The notes beneath the pieces were generated by a model, which saw only the letters and a list, made by a program, of their open reading frames with translations, had not been told where the DNA came from and did no database searches. A DNA stretch of 64,000 nucleotides from Candidatus Colwellbacteria bacterium (lineage in GTDB: Bacteria; Patescibacteriota; Minisyncoccia; UBA6257; Colwellbacteraceae), in the NCBI GenBank assembly GCA_030700125.1, contig JAUYKE010000021.1:2492-66491 (forward strand), read 5' to 3'. Shown here in pieces: positions 38,235-48,196 of the stretch. Made by a program: the position numbers and the translations under genes. Numbering within the stretch: the first letter of the stretch is position 1; each line of letters starts with the position of its first letter.

Positions 38235-39440
38235 ATGGAGAAAGTCTATCTTGACTATTCCGCCTCCACCCCAGTAGCTCCGGAAGTAAGAGAAGCGATG
38301 GAGCCATATTTTAGCGAGCATTTTGGTAATCCCGGCTCAATTCATTCCTGGGGACAAAAGGCGCAGGCCGCCTTAGACCATTCCCGAGAAATTATTGCCG
38401 ATGAATTAAATGTAAAATTCAGCGAAGTTGTTTTTACCGGTTCGGCCACCGAGGCTAATAACTTAGTAGTTAGAGGAGTAGCGGCAGGCAGCAAGGGAAT
38501 TGATAAACCAAGAATTATAGTTTCGGCGATTGAGCATCCTTCAGTTTTGGAAACCGCCCGTACGCTCACGGCCGACGGAGTAGAAGTGGTCTGTCTCGGA
38601 GTAAACAGGGAGGGATTCATAGATCCCCAAGCGCTAAAAAATTCCCTGAACGAGCGGACGGTGCTTGTTTCTATCATTTATGCCTCAAACGAGATTGGCA
38701 CCATCCAGCCAATTAAAGAAGTCGCGAGAATAATTTCCGAATTTCGGGAAAGCAAGAAAAAACTTTCTTTGGGGCAGCGCAGCGGGTTGAGGGAAGAAAA
38801 TTTTCTCTTGCAGTACCCTCTCTTTCACACCGATATTGTTCAAGCTTTTCAGTTCTTTAAGATGGACTTGCAAGAGCTTGGGGTGGATGCGTTTTCAATC
38901 TCCGGTCATAAAATTTATGGTCCCAAAGGGGTGGGGATATTAGTTTTAAGAAACGAATGGGAGCCTTATCTCGGCCGGATTATTACCGGCGGCCACCAGG
39001 AGCTCGGCCTCCGCGCCGGAACAGAAAATGTGCCGGCAATTGTCGGCTTAGGTAAGGCGGTAGAGCTCGTGAGCCACGATCGCGAAGAAGAAGCAAAGAG
39101 AATTGGGAGTTTAAGGGATTATTTTTGGGAAAAGCTGAAGAGAGCCGTACCGGAGATTGAGCTTAATGGCTCACTGGGCAACCGCCTGCCGAATAACCTC
39201 AACATCTGTTTTCCTAACAAAGAGGGTGGGGATCTCTTGATTAAGTTAGATCAAGCGGGGGTGGCGGTCTCCGCGGGTTCGGCGTGTTCAGCAAAAGCGC
39301 CAAAGCCCTCCCATGTTATCACCGCCCTGGGAATGGGCGAGAAACGAGCAAAGCAGAGTTTACGTTTCACTTTAGGTAGACCGACCACAAAAGAAGAAAT
39401 TGATATGGCGCTAGAACGCATCATTAAGTTAGTAAGTTGA
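38235..39440 (+). CDS. cysteine desulfurase (class-V aminotransferase, IscS/NifS-like)
   Basis: YLDYSASTP…SISGHKIYGPKGVGIL (PLP-Lys)…catalytic Cys region SAGSACS. Confidence 0.85.
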   Translation: MEKVYLDYSASTPVAPEVREAMEPYFSEHFGNPGSIHSWGQKAQAALDHSREIIADELNVKFSEVVFTGSATEANNLVVRGVAAGSKGIDKPRIIVSAIEHPSVLETARTLTADGVEVVCLGVNREGFIDPQALKNSLNERTVLVSIIYASNEIGTIQPIKEVARIISEFRESKKKLSLGQRSGLREENFLLQYPLFHTDIVQAFQFFKMDLQELGVDAFSISGHKIYGPKGVGILVLRNEWEPYLGRIITGGHQELGLRAGTENVPAIVGLGKAVELVSHDREEEAKRIGSLRDYFWEKLKRAVPEIELNGSLGNRLPNNLNICFPNKEGGDLLIKLDQAGVAVSAGSACSAKAPKPSHVITALGMGEKRAKQSLRFTLGRPTTKEEIDMALERIIKLVS

Positions 39441-39483
39441 ACTTGACATTTTAAGAAATTTACTCTAATACTGTTCTTATAAG

Positions 39484-42126
39484 ATGAATCCTTTTAATCG
39501 TTTCACTATAAAAGCTCAAGAAGCTCTCCAGCGGGCCCAAGATCTGGCTGTGGCCCAAAACCACGGTGAGTTTAAAGCCCTCCATCTCTTGTCAGCCCTC
39601 ATCGCTGACCCTGACTCCTTAGTCAGGCCTATTATTACTCATGCCGGCGTCAATTTAGAGGTCTTAAACGACGCGATTGATGAGGAGCTAAAGAAGCTTC
39701 CAAAAGTTTTTTCAACGGCTGCCGTTGGTCAGCTTTATCTTTCGCAGGAGGTAATGCTTGTTATCGATCGAGCCGCTAAAGCTGCCGCGGGCGCCAAGGA
39801 TGAATTTATTTCACCCGAGCACCTGCTTCTGGGAATCTTGACGGTGGAGTCAGCCGCCCAACTTATTCTTGAGCGTTTCGGATTAAGGCGGGAGTCAGTT
39901 CTCCGTAGTGTAGCCAAGCTTCGCGGCGGAGCTCGGATTACTGATGAAATGCCTGAGAGTAAGTTTCAAGCGCTTGAGAAATATTCAATCAACCTCACCG
40001 ATTTTGCGAGAGACGGCAAACTCGATCCGGTTATCGGTCGAGAGGAGGAATTGCGCCGAGTGATTCAGATTCTCTCTCGCCGAACCAAAAACAACCCGAT
40101 TCTAATCGGTGAACCGGGAGTTGGTAAAACCGCTATTGTTGAAGGCTTGGCACAGAGGATTGTCTCCGGCAACATTCCTGAAACACTCAAAGACAAAGAA
40201 GTGGTCACTCTTGATTTAGGGGCCTTGATTGCCGGCACCAAATTTAGGGGCGAATTTGAAGATCGCCTGAAGGCCTTCATCCGTGAAATCCAGAATTCTG
40301 CCGGCCGAATCATTCTTTTCATTGATGAGATTCACACTATTGTCGGCGCTGGAGCGGCCGAAGGGGCAATTGACGCTTCTAATCTTTTAAAACCCGCTTT
40401 GGCACGAGGCGAGCTTCATGCTATTGGCGCCACTACTCTTAAAGAATTTCAACGCCATATTGAAAAAGACCCGGCCCTAGAGCGCCGGTTCCAGCCGGTC
40501 TTAGTGGAGGAGCCGACCATTGAAGATAGCATTACTATCCTCCGCGGTCTCAAGGAAAAATATGAGCTCCACCATGGTCTTCGCATTAGCGACGAGGCAT
40601 TAATTTCAGCAGTCAACCTCTCTGCCCGTTACATCAGCAACCGCTTCTTGCCGGACAAGGCAGTGGACGTAATAGACGAAGCAGCCGCGGCAAGAAAACT
40701 GGAAAGCGCCAGCTTACCGAAAGACATTGGTGAGGTTCGCCGCGAAATCACCTCCTTAGAGATAGAAAAAGCCGCTCTTAAAAGTGAGACTAGTAAGGCG
40801 GGCACTCTAAGAGTCAAAGTAATTGAGAAGCGGCTAGAAGAGTTACGAAGCGAGAATGAAGACCTCTCAGCTGAATGGGAGGCCGAGAGAATGCTATTCG
40901 AAAAATTAAACGCCCTCCGAGAACGGGTGGATGTTCTAAAAAGAGAAAAGGAAGTGGCCGAGCGGGAAGGCGACTTGGAGCGGGTGGCAAGAATCATTTA
41001 TGGCGAGTTACCAGCCGCCACTAAAGAGTATAAATCGTTTGAGAAGAAATATTTCTCTAAGCCGGCCCAAGGAAAGAGTAGGGGGAAGCGCCAGTTTTTG
41101 AAACAAGAAGTTGACGAAGAGGATGTGGCGGAAGTGATTACCCGCTGGACAGGCGTTCCAATGCAAAATATTTTGGAATCCGAAGGTCAGAAACTGAAGA
41201 GAATTGAAGAGGTTTTGAGAGAGCGAGTTATCGGCCAAGACGAAGCCATTAGAGGCGTTTCAAGCGCTCTCCGGAGAGCGAGAACGGGGCTAGCTCCTCT
41301 TGATCGGCCGCTGGGATCATTTATGTTCCTGGGGCCAACTGGAGTTGGAAAAACCGAGCTAGCAAGGGCTCTAGCCGAATTTATGTTTGATGACGAAAAA
41401 GCGCTTGTCCGAATTGACATGTCCGAATACATGGATCGCCACACCACTTCTCGGCTTGTAGGAGCCCCGCCCGGATACGTTGGTTTTGAGGAAGGCGGAC
41501 AGCTCACAGAGATCATTCGCCACCGCCCTTACAGCTTGATTCTTTTTGATGAGATTGAAAAAGCTCATCCGGAAGTTTTTAACATGCTTCTCCAAGTGCT
41601 GGATAACGGCCGATTAACCGACGGCAAGGGGCGAACGGTAAACTTCCGTAACACTATCATCATTATGACCTCTAATGTCGGCAGTGAATTCTCCCGCGCC
41701 ATGTCGCGCATGGGTTTTGCCGCCTCGGAGGAATCAAACGATAAAGCTAAAGAGGAAGAGTATCGAAGTCGCATTCAAGAATCACTCCGAAGCCAGTTTC
41801 GACCGGAATTCTTAAACCGCTTGGATGAAACCATTATTTTTAATGCGCTTGACAGGAAGGTCATCTCCCAGATTGTAGAGATTCAACTGAAACAACTTAC
41901 CGAACACCTGAAGGATCGGGGAATGAAATTGGCCATTGACTCCTCAGCTAAGAAATATATTACCGAGCATGGATTTGACCCCGAATACGGCGCTCGACCC
42001 ATCAAGCGACTCATTCAAAAGGCGATTCTCGACAATTTAGCCGACAGAATAATTAAGGGAGAGATTAAGGATGGCAGCAAAATTAGAGTTAGGGGGGAGG
42101 CATCCGGTATTAGGGTTACTGCTTAA
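39484..42126 (+). CDS. clpB: chaperone ClpB (AAA+ disaggregase)
   Basis: N-domain, two AAA+ modules ([15 protein letters not shown]; [15 protein letters not shown]) and long middle coiled-coil. Confidence 0.95.
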   Translation: MNPFNRFTIKAQEALQRAQDLAVAQNHGEFKALHLLSALIADPDSLVRPIITHAGVNLEVLNDAIDEELKKLPKVFSTAAVGQLYLSQEVMLVIDRAAKAAAGAKDEFISPEHLLLGILTVESAAQLILERFGLRRESVLRSVAKLRGGARITDEMPESKFQALEKYSINLTDFARDGKLDPVIGREEELRRVIQILSRRTKNNPILIGEPGVGKTAIVEGLAQRIVSGNIPETLKDKEVVTLDLGALIAGTKFRGEFEDRLKAFIREIQNSAGRIILFIDEIHTIVGAGAAEGAIDASNLLKPALARGELHAIGATTLKEFQRHIEKDPALERRFQPVLVEEPTIEDSITILRGLKEKYELHHGLRISDEALISAVNLSARYISNRFLPDKAVDVIDEAAAARKLESASLPKDIGEVRREITSLEIEKAALKSETSKAGTLRVKVIEKRLEELRSENEDLSAEWEAERMLFEKLNALRERVDVLKREKEVAEREGDLERVARIIYGELPAATKEYKSFEKKYFSKPAQGKSRGKRQFLKQEVDEEDVAEVITRWTGVPMQNILESEGQKLKRIEEVLRERVIGQDEAIRGVSSALRRARTGLAPLDRPLGSFMFLGPTGVGKTELARALAEFMFDDEKALVRIDMSEYMDRHTTSRLVGAPPGYVGFEEGGQLTEIIRHRPYSLILFDEIEKAHPEVFNMLLQVLDNGRLTDGKGRTVNFRNTIIIMTSNVGSEFSRAMSRMGFAASEESNDKAKEEEYRSRIQESLRSQFRPEFLNRLDETIIFNALDRKVISQIVEIQLKQLTEHLKDRGMKLAIDSSAKKYITEHGFDPEYGARPIKRLIQKAILDNLADRIIKGEIKDGSKIRVRGEASGIRVTA

Positions 42127-42787
42127 GACCCTCGTCGTTGCTTTTGGGATCTACTTCCTCCGGCGAGGAGGTCCCGAGTGGGGGGCGCTTTTTTTGTTTT
42201 TTGCTCTCTTCTTGGTTGTCTACCTCCGACCCCCTCTTAACAATCGGAAGTTTTTGGTTTCAGCACTGGGTCTTATGGCTCTGCCGATTCTTCTCCCGCC
42301 GATGGGAGTTGGGTTAGAGAGGATTTTAATCATTGTATGGACTGGTGCTTTATTTTTCCTCCTCGGAGTTAAAAACTTAATCCTTCTCCGAAGACAAGGG
42401 AGCTATGAGATTGTCCATCTCCTTGTCGTCTTCGGATTAGGAGCTTTATACCTCTTAAATTTTATTCCCTTCGCCCCCCAAATTATTCTTTTCCTTGCCT
42501 TTTTTCTCCTTTTTAGGGAGTTTTATTTTGTCTTGGCGCCTCATTATCCCCAGCGGTTGACCTTGGTTGCGGTTGTTGAGGCCTTCCTATTAGTAGAGGT
42601 CGCTTGGATCCTGTTTTTCCTGCCGATTAACTTCTTGGCTGGGGCCGCCCTCTTGGCGCTTATCACATTTATTTTCCACGATCTTATCCTTCATCATCTC
42701 CAAGGGACGCTCTCCCGCCAAATCATTCTCCGCAACGTCACTTTATTCGTTGCCCTCTCAATTCTCCTCGCCATCCTCCCCGCTTGA
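42071..42787 (+). CDS. hypothetical polytopic membrane protein (start uncertain; listed ORF overlaps clpB 3' end)
   Basis: Very hydrophobic 238 aa. Confidence 0.45.
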   Translation: MAAKLELGGRHPVLGLLLKTLVVAFGIYFLRRGGPEWGALFLFFALFLVVYLRPPLNNRKFLVSALGLMALPILLPPMGVGLERILIIVWTGALFFLLGVKNLILLRRQGSYEIVHLLVVFGLGALYLLNFIPFAPQIILFLAFFLLFREFYFVLAPHYPQRLTLVAVVEAFLLVEVAWILFFLPINFLAGAALLALITFIFHDLILHHLQGTLSRQIILRNVTLFVALSILLAILPA

Positions 42788-42881
42788 TACCCTCTTTAGG
42801 GTTGGGCGACCTTTTGACAAGTTTGAGCTGCCCCTATATTATTATTTCGTCCAATGAAAAAATTAATTACTTATAACAACT

Positions 42882-44405
42882 ATGACCTACACACTACCTT
42901 TTGTGGCCGGCTTGGTTATTGTCGGCATAATTGCAGGCTACTTCGTTCGCTACTTATTCGCCGCCCGGCGAATTGATTCTCTTGAGCGCCGCCTAAAAGA
43001 AGACATCCGTAAAGCCAAAAGCGAGGCTCAGGACATCGTACTAGAGGCCAAGAATAAGGCAGTTGGTCTTTTAGACGAAACCAAAGAAGATCTTAAAGAA
43101 CGAAAGACAGGCCTCGACCGGCTAGAAGAGCGTCTCTTCAAGAAAGACGAAGAGTTAGTTAAGCGTGAAGGTGGACTAAGGACTGAAAGAGAAGAGCTTG
43201 CAGGAGAGATAAAAAAGATAGAGGGAAGAAACCTGGAGTTAGAAGAGATTAAGACCAATGTCCGTGAAGAACTCTCGCGGGTTGCCGGACTCACCTCCGA
43301 AGAAGCCAAAGAGAAATTAATGAAGGAGGTAGAGGAGAAGCACAGCGAAGATTTAACAAAAGCGCTTGCCGCGCTTACTAGGGAAAAACGGGAAGAGATC
43401 GAAAAGAGAAGTTTGGGGATTATGACTGAGGCGATTCAGCGCTACGCCAGGAGTCACGTGGCCGAGATGACTACCTCGGTCCTTACCCTCCCATCGGAGG
43501 ACTTAAAAGGGAAAATCATTGGCCGGGAAGGAAGAAATATCCGGACATTGGAGCGATTAACTGGGGTGGAGCTCATCATTGATGAAACACCGGAAACAAT
43601 TATCATTTCCTCTTTTGATCCGATGCGACGCGAGGTCGCCAGATTAGCCCTTCAGAAATTAATTAAAGACGGCCGAATCCAGCCGGCAAAAATTGAGGAA
43701 AAAGTAGAAGAAGCCAAAGCGGAAATTGACACACGGATTTTTGAGATCGGCGAAGAAGCCTCATATGAGGTTGGCATCTTGGGTTTGCCAAGAGAGATTA
43801 TTCAGCTTTTGGGGCGGTTAAGCTTCCGGACCAGTTTTGGCCAGAACGTTTTAGTCCATTCGATAGAAATGGCTCACCTAGCCGGCATGATGGCCGCCGA
43901 GCTGGGGGTAAATGTTGAGGTTACTAAAACCGGGGCACTCCTGCACGACATTGGTAAAGCCATTGACCACGAAGTCCCGGGGACACACGTTGAGCTGGGA
44001 AGAAAAATATTGAAAAAGTATGGCATTGATGACCAAATCATCGCCGCCATGGAATCACACCATGAGGAGTACCCCTTCTCAACTCCTGAATCGTTTATCG
44101 TAGCAGCAGCCGACATTCTCTCCGCCGCCCGGCCGGGAGCAAGGCGCGGCACCTTAGAGAACTACTTAAAACGACTGGAAGACCTGGAAAAGATTGCCAC
44201 TAGTTTTGACGGTGTTAAGCAGGCCTACGCCCTTTCCGCCGGCAGAGAAGTTCGAGTTTTCGTTGTCCCTGAGAAAATTGATGATTTTCGGGCCCTCCAG
44301 CTGGCCAGAGACATTGCCAATAAGATTGAATCGGAACTCAAGTACCCGGGCGAGATTAAAGTGAACGTTGTTCGGGAGAGCCGGGCTGTGGAGTACGCCA
44401 AATAG
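42882..44405 (+). CDS. rny: ribonuclease Y
   Basis: N-terminal TM, coiled-coil, KH domain, HD domain (LLHDIGKAIDHE). Confidence 0.9.
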   Translation: MTYTLPFVAGLVIVGIIAGYFVRYLFAARRIDSLERRLKEDIRKAKSEAQDIVLEAKNKAVGLLDETKEDLKERKTGLDRLEERLFKKDEELVKREGGLRTEREELAGEIKKIEGRNLELEEIKTNVREELSRVAGLTSEEAKEKLMKEVEEKHSEDLTKALAALTREKREEIEKRSLGIMTEAIQRYARSHVAEMTTSVLTLPSEDLKGKIIGREGRNIRTLERLTGVELIIDETPETIIISSFDPMRREVARLALQKLIKDGRIQPAKIEEKVEEAKAEIDTRIFEIGEEASYEVGILGLPREIIQLLGRLSFRTSFGQNVLVHSIEMAHLAGMMAAELGVNVEVTKTGALLHDIGKAIDHEVPGTHVELGRKILKKYGIDDQIIAAMESHHEEYPFSTPESFIVAAADILSAARPGARRGTLENYLKRLEDLEKIATSFDGVKQAYALSAGREVRVFVVPEKIDDFRALQLARDIANKIESELKYPGEIKVNVVRESRAVEYAK

Positions 44406-44473
44406 TCCCGCACCCTTCGAGGATTTGCGCTTCGCGCATTTGGTACGGAGTACTCATCCTCGAAGGGTGCGGG
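44406..44473 (+). other. long stem-loop immediately after rny stop (19-bp stem TCCCGCACCCTTCGAGGAT…ATCCTCGAAGGGTGCGGGA, ~30-nt loop); terminator or processing/regulatory structure
   Basis: Seen directly; no clear U-tract. Confidence 0.45.
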
Positions 44474-44556
44474 ATAGCGTGTTTAAGCCATTTTTGCTAT
44501 AATGGCTTCACGAATTGGCTTAAATAAAGGTCGGATTTATTTTTCGGAATAAGCAG

Positions 44557-44832
44557 ATGAAGAAATCAGAATTAGCAGAAGCAGTAATGTCTAAAGCTAG
44601 CCTTGAGTCCAAGCGTCAAGCCGAGGCCGTTGTTGATGCAGTTTTCGACACCATTACTAAGGCCATGAGCCAAGGTGAGGATGTTGCCATTACAGGTTTC
44701 GGTACCTTTAGAGTAAGGAAGAGAGCGGCAAAGATCGGTATTAACCCGAGAACCGGAGAAAAACTTCAGGTTCCGGCAAAAACTGTTCCTAAATTCTCAG
44801 CTGGCAAGGCCCTAAAAGAGGCCGTCGCCTAG
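44557..44832 (+). CDS. hup: DNA-binding protein HU
   Basis: 91 aa; …GFGTFRVRKRAAKIGINPRTGEKLQVPA… HU/IHF signature. Confidence 0.9.
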   Translation: MKKSELAEAVMSKASLESKRQAEAVVDAVFDTITKAMSQGEDVAITGFGTFRVRKRAAKIGINPRTGEKLQVPAKTVPKFSAGKALKEAVA

Positions 44833-44844
44833 CAAATAAAAAAA

Positions 44845-44869
44845 CCTCTGGGATTCCAGAGGTTTTTTT
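44845..44869. terminator. rho-independent terminator (CCTCTGG-GATT-CCAGAGG + T7), bidirectional between hup and convergent gene
   Basis: Seen directly. Confidence 0.8.
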
Positions 44870-44879
44870 ATTTCAAAAC

Positions 44880-45665
44880 TTATATCCCGAGGGCCTCTTT
44901 GACTAATTGATTGAGTTCAAGGAATATCCCGTAAACGGTTTTAACGTTATTCAAGCTTTGCTCAATCATGTCTTTAGCTGAGGGTTCTTCGCTTTTTCCT
45001 GGATCAGTGGAAGTAGCTAAGATTATTTTTTTGGCTTCTCCTTGGAGGTCGGCGGCTTCTTTAAGAAGACTGGTCACCTCGTCTAGTTTCTCTTGGAAAT
45101 CACCTTCTCTGACTACGCCTAGTTTATCGAGTTTCTTGATATCGGCCCCGATTTTACTAAACCGGTCGTTGGCCACCCCCAAAACTTCTTCGTTATAAAA
45201 AACTAAGATAAACCTTATGGTCTCCTCAACCCCCGGGGTGTAGGTAGTATCGCGGTATTCCTTGATCTCTTTAGCCAGATCTTTTACTTCGTCCAAACTC
45301 CCCTTCTTATCCAAATTTTCCTTGGCGTTCAAGTAATACTCGGCATAAGTATCAAGGTCGCCCAACGCTTCGTTCTTCAACGTTTGCTCCCGGCTATCCT
45401 CAGGGAAATTTAGCTCGTTTAGCCTGTTCTTTAAGCTCTCCACTTTCTTTAAAGATAAATCGAGGGCCCTAACCAAATCTTCTTTGGCCTTGGCTAATTT
45501 CTCTTCAGGAGCCAGGGAGGCGCTATCAACTGAAAGAAGATCAACCGAAAGAAGAGTTGAACTGGTGCTCTCGGCTCGGGCCGTTCCTACGTTGAAACTC
45601 ACAAACGCTCCCGTCAAAGGAATTGCTAGCCCAACCAGTAAGATGGTTCGCTTGAGCCGCCTCAT
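44880..45665 (-). CDS. secreted coiled-coil protein (DUF5667-like; commonly downstream of ECF sigma/anti-sigma pairs)
   Basis: Signal peptide, acidic/K-rich helical repeats. Confidence 0.5.
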   Translation of the reverse strand: MRRLKRTILLVGLAIPLTGAFVSFNVGTARAESTSSTLLSVDLLSVDSASLAPEEKLAKAKEDLVRALDLSLKKVESLKNRLNELNFPEDSREQTLKNEALGDLDTYAEYYLNAKENLDKKGSLDEVKDLAKEIKEYRDTTYTPGVEETIRFILVFYNEEVLGVANDRFSKIGADIKKLDKLGVVREGDFQEKLDEVTSLLKEAADLQGEAKKIILATSTDPGKSEEPSAKDMIEQSLNNVKTVYGIFLELNQLVKEALGI

Positions 45666-46156
45666 TAGTATTCGTTAATTACCTGATTTAATAGTTTATC
45701 GATTTCTTGATCGGTGACGGCTTCGGTGAGAAGAAGCTTTTCTTTCTGGGATTGAACCCTTTCAGCATCAAGAGCCACCACTCTTTCAGTACTTGTTTTA
45801 TGAACGCCGAAGTAAGCAATCTCATTTAGCTGAAGATTGATATCTTCATTAATGGCATCAGCTTCGGTGAGAAGCGCTTTCTCATCAATTCCCTGAAGAG
45901 GGGGGAGAAAAAAAGACTTTGATAAACCGAAGAGTCCGCCAAGAATCACCACCAGGAAAAGTGCCGCTACCAAAGTAGTCTCAAAAGCGAAGCTAAAACT
46001 TCGAACTACCTGAACCAAAATGCCCGGTTGCGGTTCGCGGTAGTCCGCTCTCTGCGTCAAGATTAAGCGACGCGAATTACGGATATATTCGGCATCCGGT
46101 TCTATTCTCCGTAATCCTTGCAGATTTTTAGTTATTTCTTCGTTAGTTAATCTCAT
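45665..46156 (-). CDS. putative anti-sigma factor (single-pass membrane protein)
   Basis: 163 aa, central TM, position between ECF sigma and DUF5667-like gene, ATGA-type overlaps on both sides. Confidence 0.5.
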   Translation of the reverse strand: MRLTNEEITKNLQGLRRIEPDAEYIRNSRRLILTQRADYREPQPGILVQVVRSFSFAFETTLVAALFLVVILGGLFGLSKSFFLPPLQGIDEKALLTEADAINEDINLQLNEIAYFGVHKTSTERVVALDAERVQSQKEKLLLTEAVTDQEIDKLLNQVINEY

Positions 46157-46691
46157 TTTTTTTGAGAATTCCTTTTAGGTTTTTGAGGGCCCGGTGCTGG
46201 ATGAGCTTTACCGCTCCCTCACTCTTGCCGACTATTAGAGCTGCTTCCTGGTGAGTCAAATCTTCAACGAATCGCAGAATGAGTACCTCCTGTTCAACCT
46301 CTTTTAATTCTCTCATTGCCGTAAGAAGCAATTCCCACTCAATTTTCATATCCAGAAAATCTGACTGTGATTGCTCCTCGGCGGCTAAGTAAGAGGTAAC
46401 CTCTTCGATATTCACTTGCGGATTGGCTTTCCGGTGACTGTCAATAATGGTGTTTCTGGCAATCCGGTAAAGCCAGCTGCCAAAGGGATATCCTTTAGAC
46501 TCGTACTGCTCGATCCGCTCCCAGGCTTTTAAAAAAGTTTGGTGGGTGATGTCCTCAGCTTCCTCACGATGGCTTACTCGAAACAAGACGAAACGATAGA
46601 TCGGGGGCAAATAATGATCATAAAGTAAGCCAAAAGCCTCGGCCTCCCCACCTTTTGCCCGTTCAACTATCCTCGGCTCGTCCTCTATCAT
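46143..46691 (-). CDS. ECF-type RNA polymerase sigma factor (sigma-70 regions 2 and 4)
   Basis: …YRFVLFRVSHREEAEDITHQTFLKAWERIEQY… (region 2), …LTHQEAALIVGKSEGAVKLIQHRALKNL (region 4 HTH). Confidence 0.85.
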   Translation of the reverse strand: MIEDEPRIVERAKGGEAEAFGLLYDHYLPPIYRFVLFRVSHREEAEDITHQTFLKAWERIEQYESKGYPFGSWLYRIARNTIIDSHRKANPQVNIEEVTSYLAAEEQSQSDFLDMKIEWELLLTAMRELKEVEQEVLILRFVEDLTHQEAALIVGKSEGAVKLIQHRALKNLKGILKKNEIN

Positions 46692-46746
46692 TTAAAACGA
46701 AATTTAGCTCTATTTAGTTACTAGATTTAGACCCCATGGTCAAGGG

Positions 46747-47046
46747 TTATTCGATCGGATTTTTTAGAAGATCGAGGCCGGCTTTGATGCCTTCCAGCCC
46801 CTCCTGGAGTTCGTTCTCTTTGAATCCCCCTAAAGAAGGAGTGGTGGTTGCGGATGAGTTCGCGGCTAATTTCTCGTCCGGGGTTTTTGGGGCGGCTGAT
46901 TCCTCATTATTAAAATCAGCAATTGTTGCCGTTTGAGGAAGGAGTGAATCGACCTTCCTCTCCGAAAGATGCGAATAAGCGTAAAAGAAGGCAATAAAGA
47001 TAATTATAATCGTGAGGGATCCTAATATGGCAGTGGGTAATTTCAT
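46747..47046 (-). CDS. small membrane-anchored hypothetical protein
   Basis: 99 aa, N-terminal TM. Confidence 0.45.
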   Translation of the reverse strand: MKLPTAILGSLTIIIIFIAFFYAYSHLSERKVDSLLPQTATIADFNNEESAAPKTPDEKLAANSSATTTPSLGGFKENELQEGLEGIKAGLDLLKNPIE

Positions 47047-47070
47047 ACTCTTATTTTAACAAATTAACTA

Positions 47071-47144
47071 TGGAGCGGGTAAGGGGAGTCGAACCCCTGT
47101 CAACAGGTTGGAAACCTGTGGTAATGCCGTTATACCATACCCGC
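47071..47144 (-). tRNA. tRNA-Gly (anticodon TCC), encoded CCA
   Basis: ACAGG-TTTCCAA-CCTGT anticodon arm. Confidence 0.8.
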
Positions 47145-47154
47145 TTTTACACGT

Positions 47155-47205
47155 GCCCCCGAGAGGAATCGAACCTACATTATGAGCTCCGCCCCGCACC
47201 ATGCT
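47155..47205 (-). pseudogene. tRNA 3'-half-like fragment (T-arm + 3' acceptor: GTAGGTTCGATTCCTCTCGGGGGCA) without a 5' partner; last 14 nt identical to 3' end of tRNA-Leu(TAG) at 13713
   Basis: Cannot be folded into a full cloverleaf; only ~55 nt available between flanking tRNAs. Confidence 0.4.
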
Positions 47206-47210
47206 TTTTG

Positions 47211-47282
47211 TACCCCCAGCAGGAATCGAACCCGCATCACGAGCTCCGCAAGCTCGCATTCTGTCCGTTGAACTATGGGGGC
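47211..47282 (-). tRNA. tRNA-Arg (anticodon GCG)
   Basis: CGAGC-TTGCGGA-GCTCG anticodon arm; D and T arms identical to tRNA-Arg(TCT). Confidence 0.7.
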
Positions 47283-47347
47283 ATGTGCGGGATTACGGTT
47301 TTTATCTCCGACTTACGTCAGAGAAAAACCGGGAACAATCTTCGTGT

Positions 47348-47399
47348 TCTGCCTGCCCCGCACCGAACTTCGTTCTGGTGCTGGGGTCCATTAAACTAC
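47348..47399 (-). ncRNA. conserved structured element, copy B (UAAUGGA-CCCC(A)GCA-CCAG-GAAC-GAA-GUUC-GG-UGCGGGG-CAGGCAG), ~65 nt upstream of tRNA-Arg(GCG)
   Basis: Closing helix shows compensatory change (GCA/UGC instead of GUAG/CUAC) relative to copies A and C. Confidence 0.45.
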
Positions 47400-47434
47400 G
47401 AGGGCAGGACTCTCTTATTATTCACGTCTTACGA

Positions 47435-47559
47435 CAGCGAATCAATATCTCTTTTCCCAAACCCCCAAATAATAAACCAGGAGCCCAGTAGCTTGCTGTC
47501 GTGCGGAAGCTCTTATAGCAGCTAAGCGAAACCAATATCTCTTCTCCGAAACCTCCGGA
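47435..47559. repeat. pair of ~31-nt direct repeats (GCGAAtCAATATCTCTTtTCCcAAACCcCC / GCGAAaCCAATATCTCTTcTCCgAAACCtCC) 89 bp apart in an ORF-poor 650-bp region
   Basis: Seen directly. Confidence 0.5.
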
Positions 47560-47973
47560 GGCGAGCGGGCATGGTTCGAGCAATAGCGAGAGAGCGAGCC
47601 GAGGACAAGCGCAGTTTCCTCGCTGGGGAAACAAGCGGGTTGAGGGAAGAAATATTGGTGAGCGGTTTCTCATAGACAGCGAGATGCTGGACGACCAAAC
47701 TCTTATCCACATCCCCCAATTGACTTTCAAGCAAGATCAGGGTAAAAAGAGAATTGAACATTAAAAGGGTTCCTCGAAGAAGAATTCTGGAAAGGAAAGG
47801 GGAGTTTCACTGCAATTGCCATCTGGCCGCTATAGCTTATCAGTAATCCATAGTTATCAGATGGCAGTTGCAGAAACCGCCACTCTATCCCTAAGAGCGC
47901 TTTGGCGTCGGGGATTAGAAATGGCGGTTTTTGCGTTTTTATATGGCCACCGCTGGATTACAGGGAGGCGAAG

Positions 47974-48183
47974 ATGTCTATCAGTCAGAGACTCCGCGAA
48001 GACCAGCTCGGGCCTACTCAAGAAGTTCTTGACTGGCGTTTCCAGGTGCTCCTGGAAGCCCGCTATCCGAGGGAGGATGCGTGGGAGATTGCGAGTGAAC
48101 TTTCTGTCGACCTCCATGAGGCAGCGGACCTAGTAGTAAAGAAAGGGTGTCCGCCAGAGATGGCGGCAGCTATCCTTCTATGA
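47974..48183 (+). CDS. GC-rich small hypothetical protein (69 aa)
   Basis: GGGAGG SD 5 nt upstream of ATG; compositionally distinct. Confidence 0.45.
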   Translation: MSISQRLREDQLGPTQEVLDWRFQVLLEARYPREDAWEIASELSVDLHEAADLVVKKGCPPEMAAAILL

Positions 48184-48196
48184 GAAGGGGGCGGTC

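Noticed and set aside
47070-47525. ORF 47070..47525 (+) and ORFs 47422..47730 / 47522..47761 (-)
   Set aside because: They overlap three tRNA features and the repeat-containing non-coding region, with no SD and low-complexity translations.
47290-47950. RNase P RNA, tmRNA or SRP RNA in the ORF-less region
   Set aside because: I looked for GGAAAGUCCGGGC/ACAGAACCCGGCUUA (RNase P P4), a tRNA-like CCA end with tag-peptide frame (tmRNA) and the GGAAGCAGCC domain-IV motif (SRP), and found none. A proper covariance-model search is still needed.
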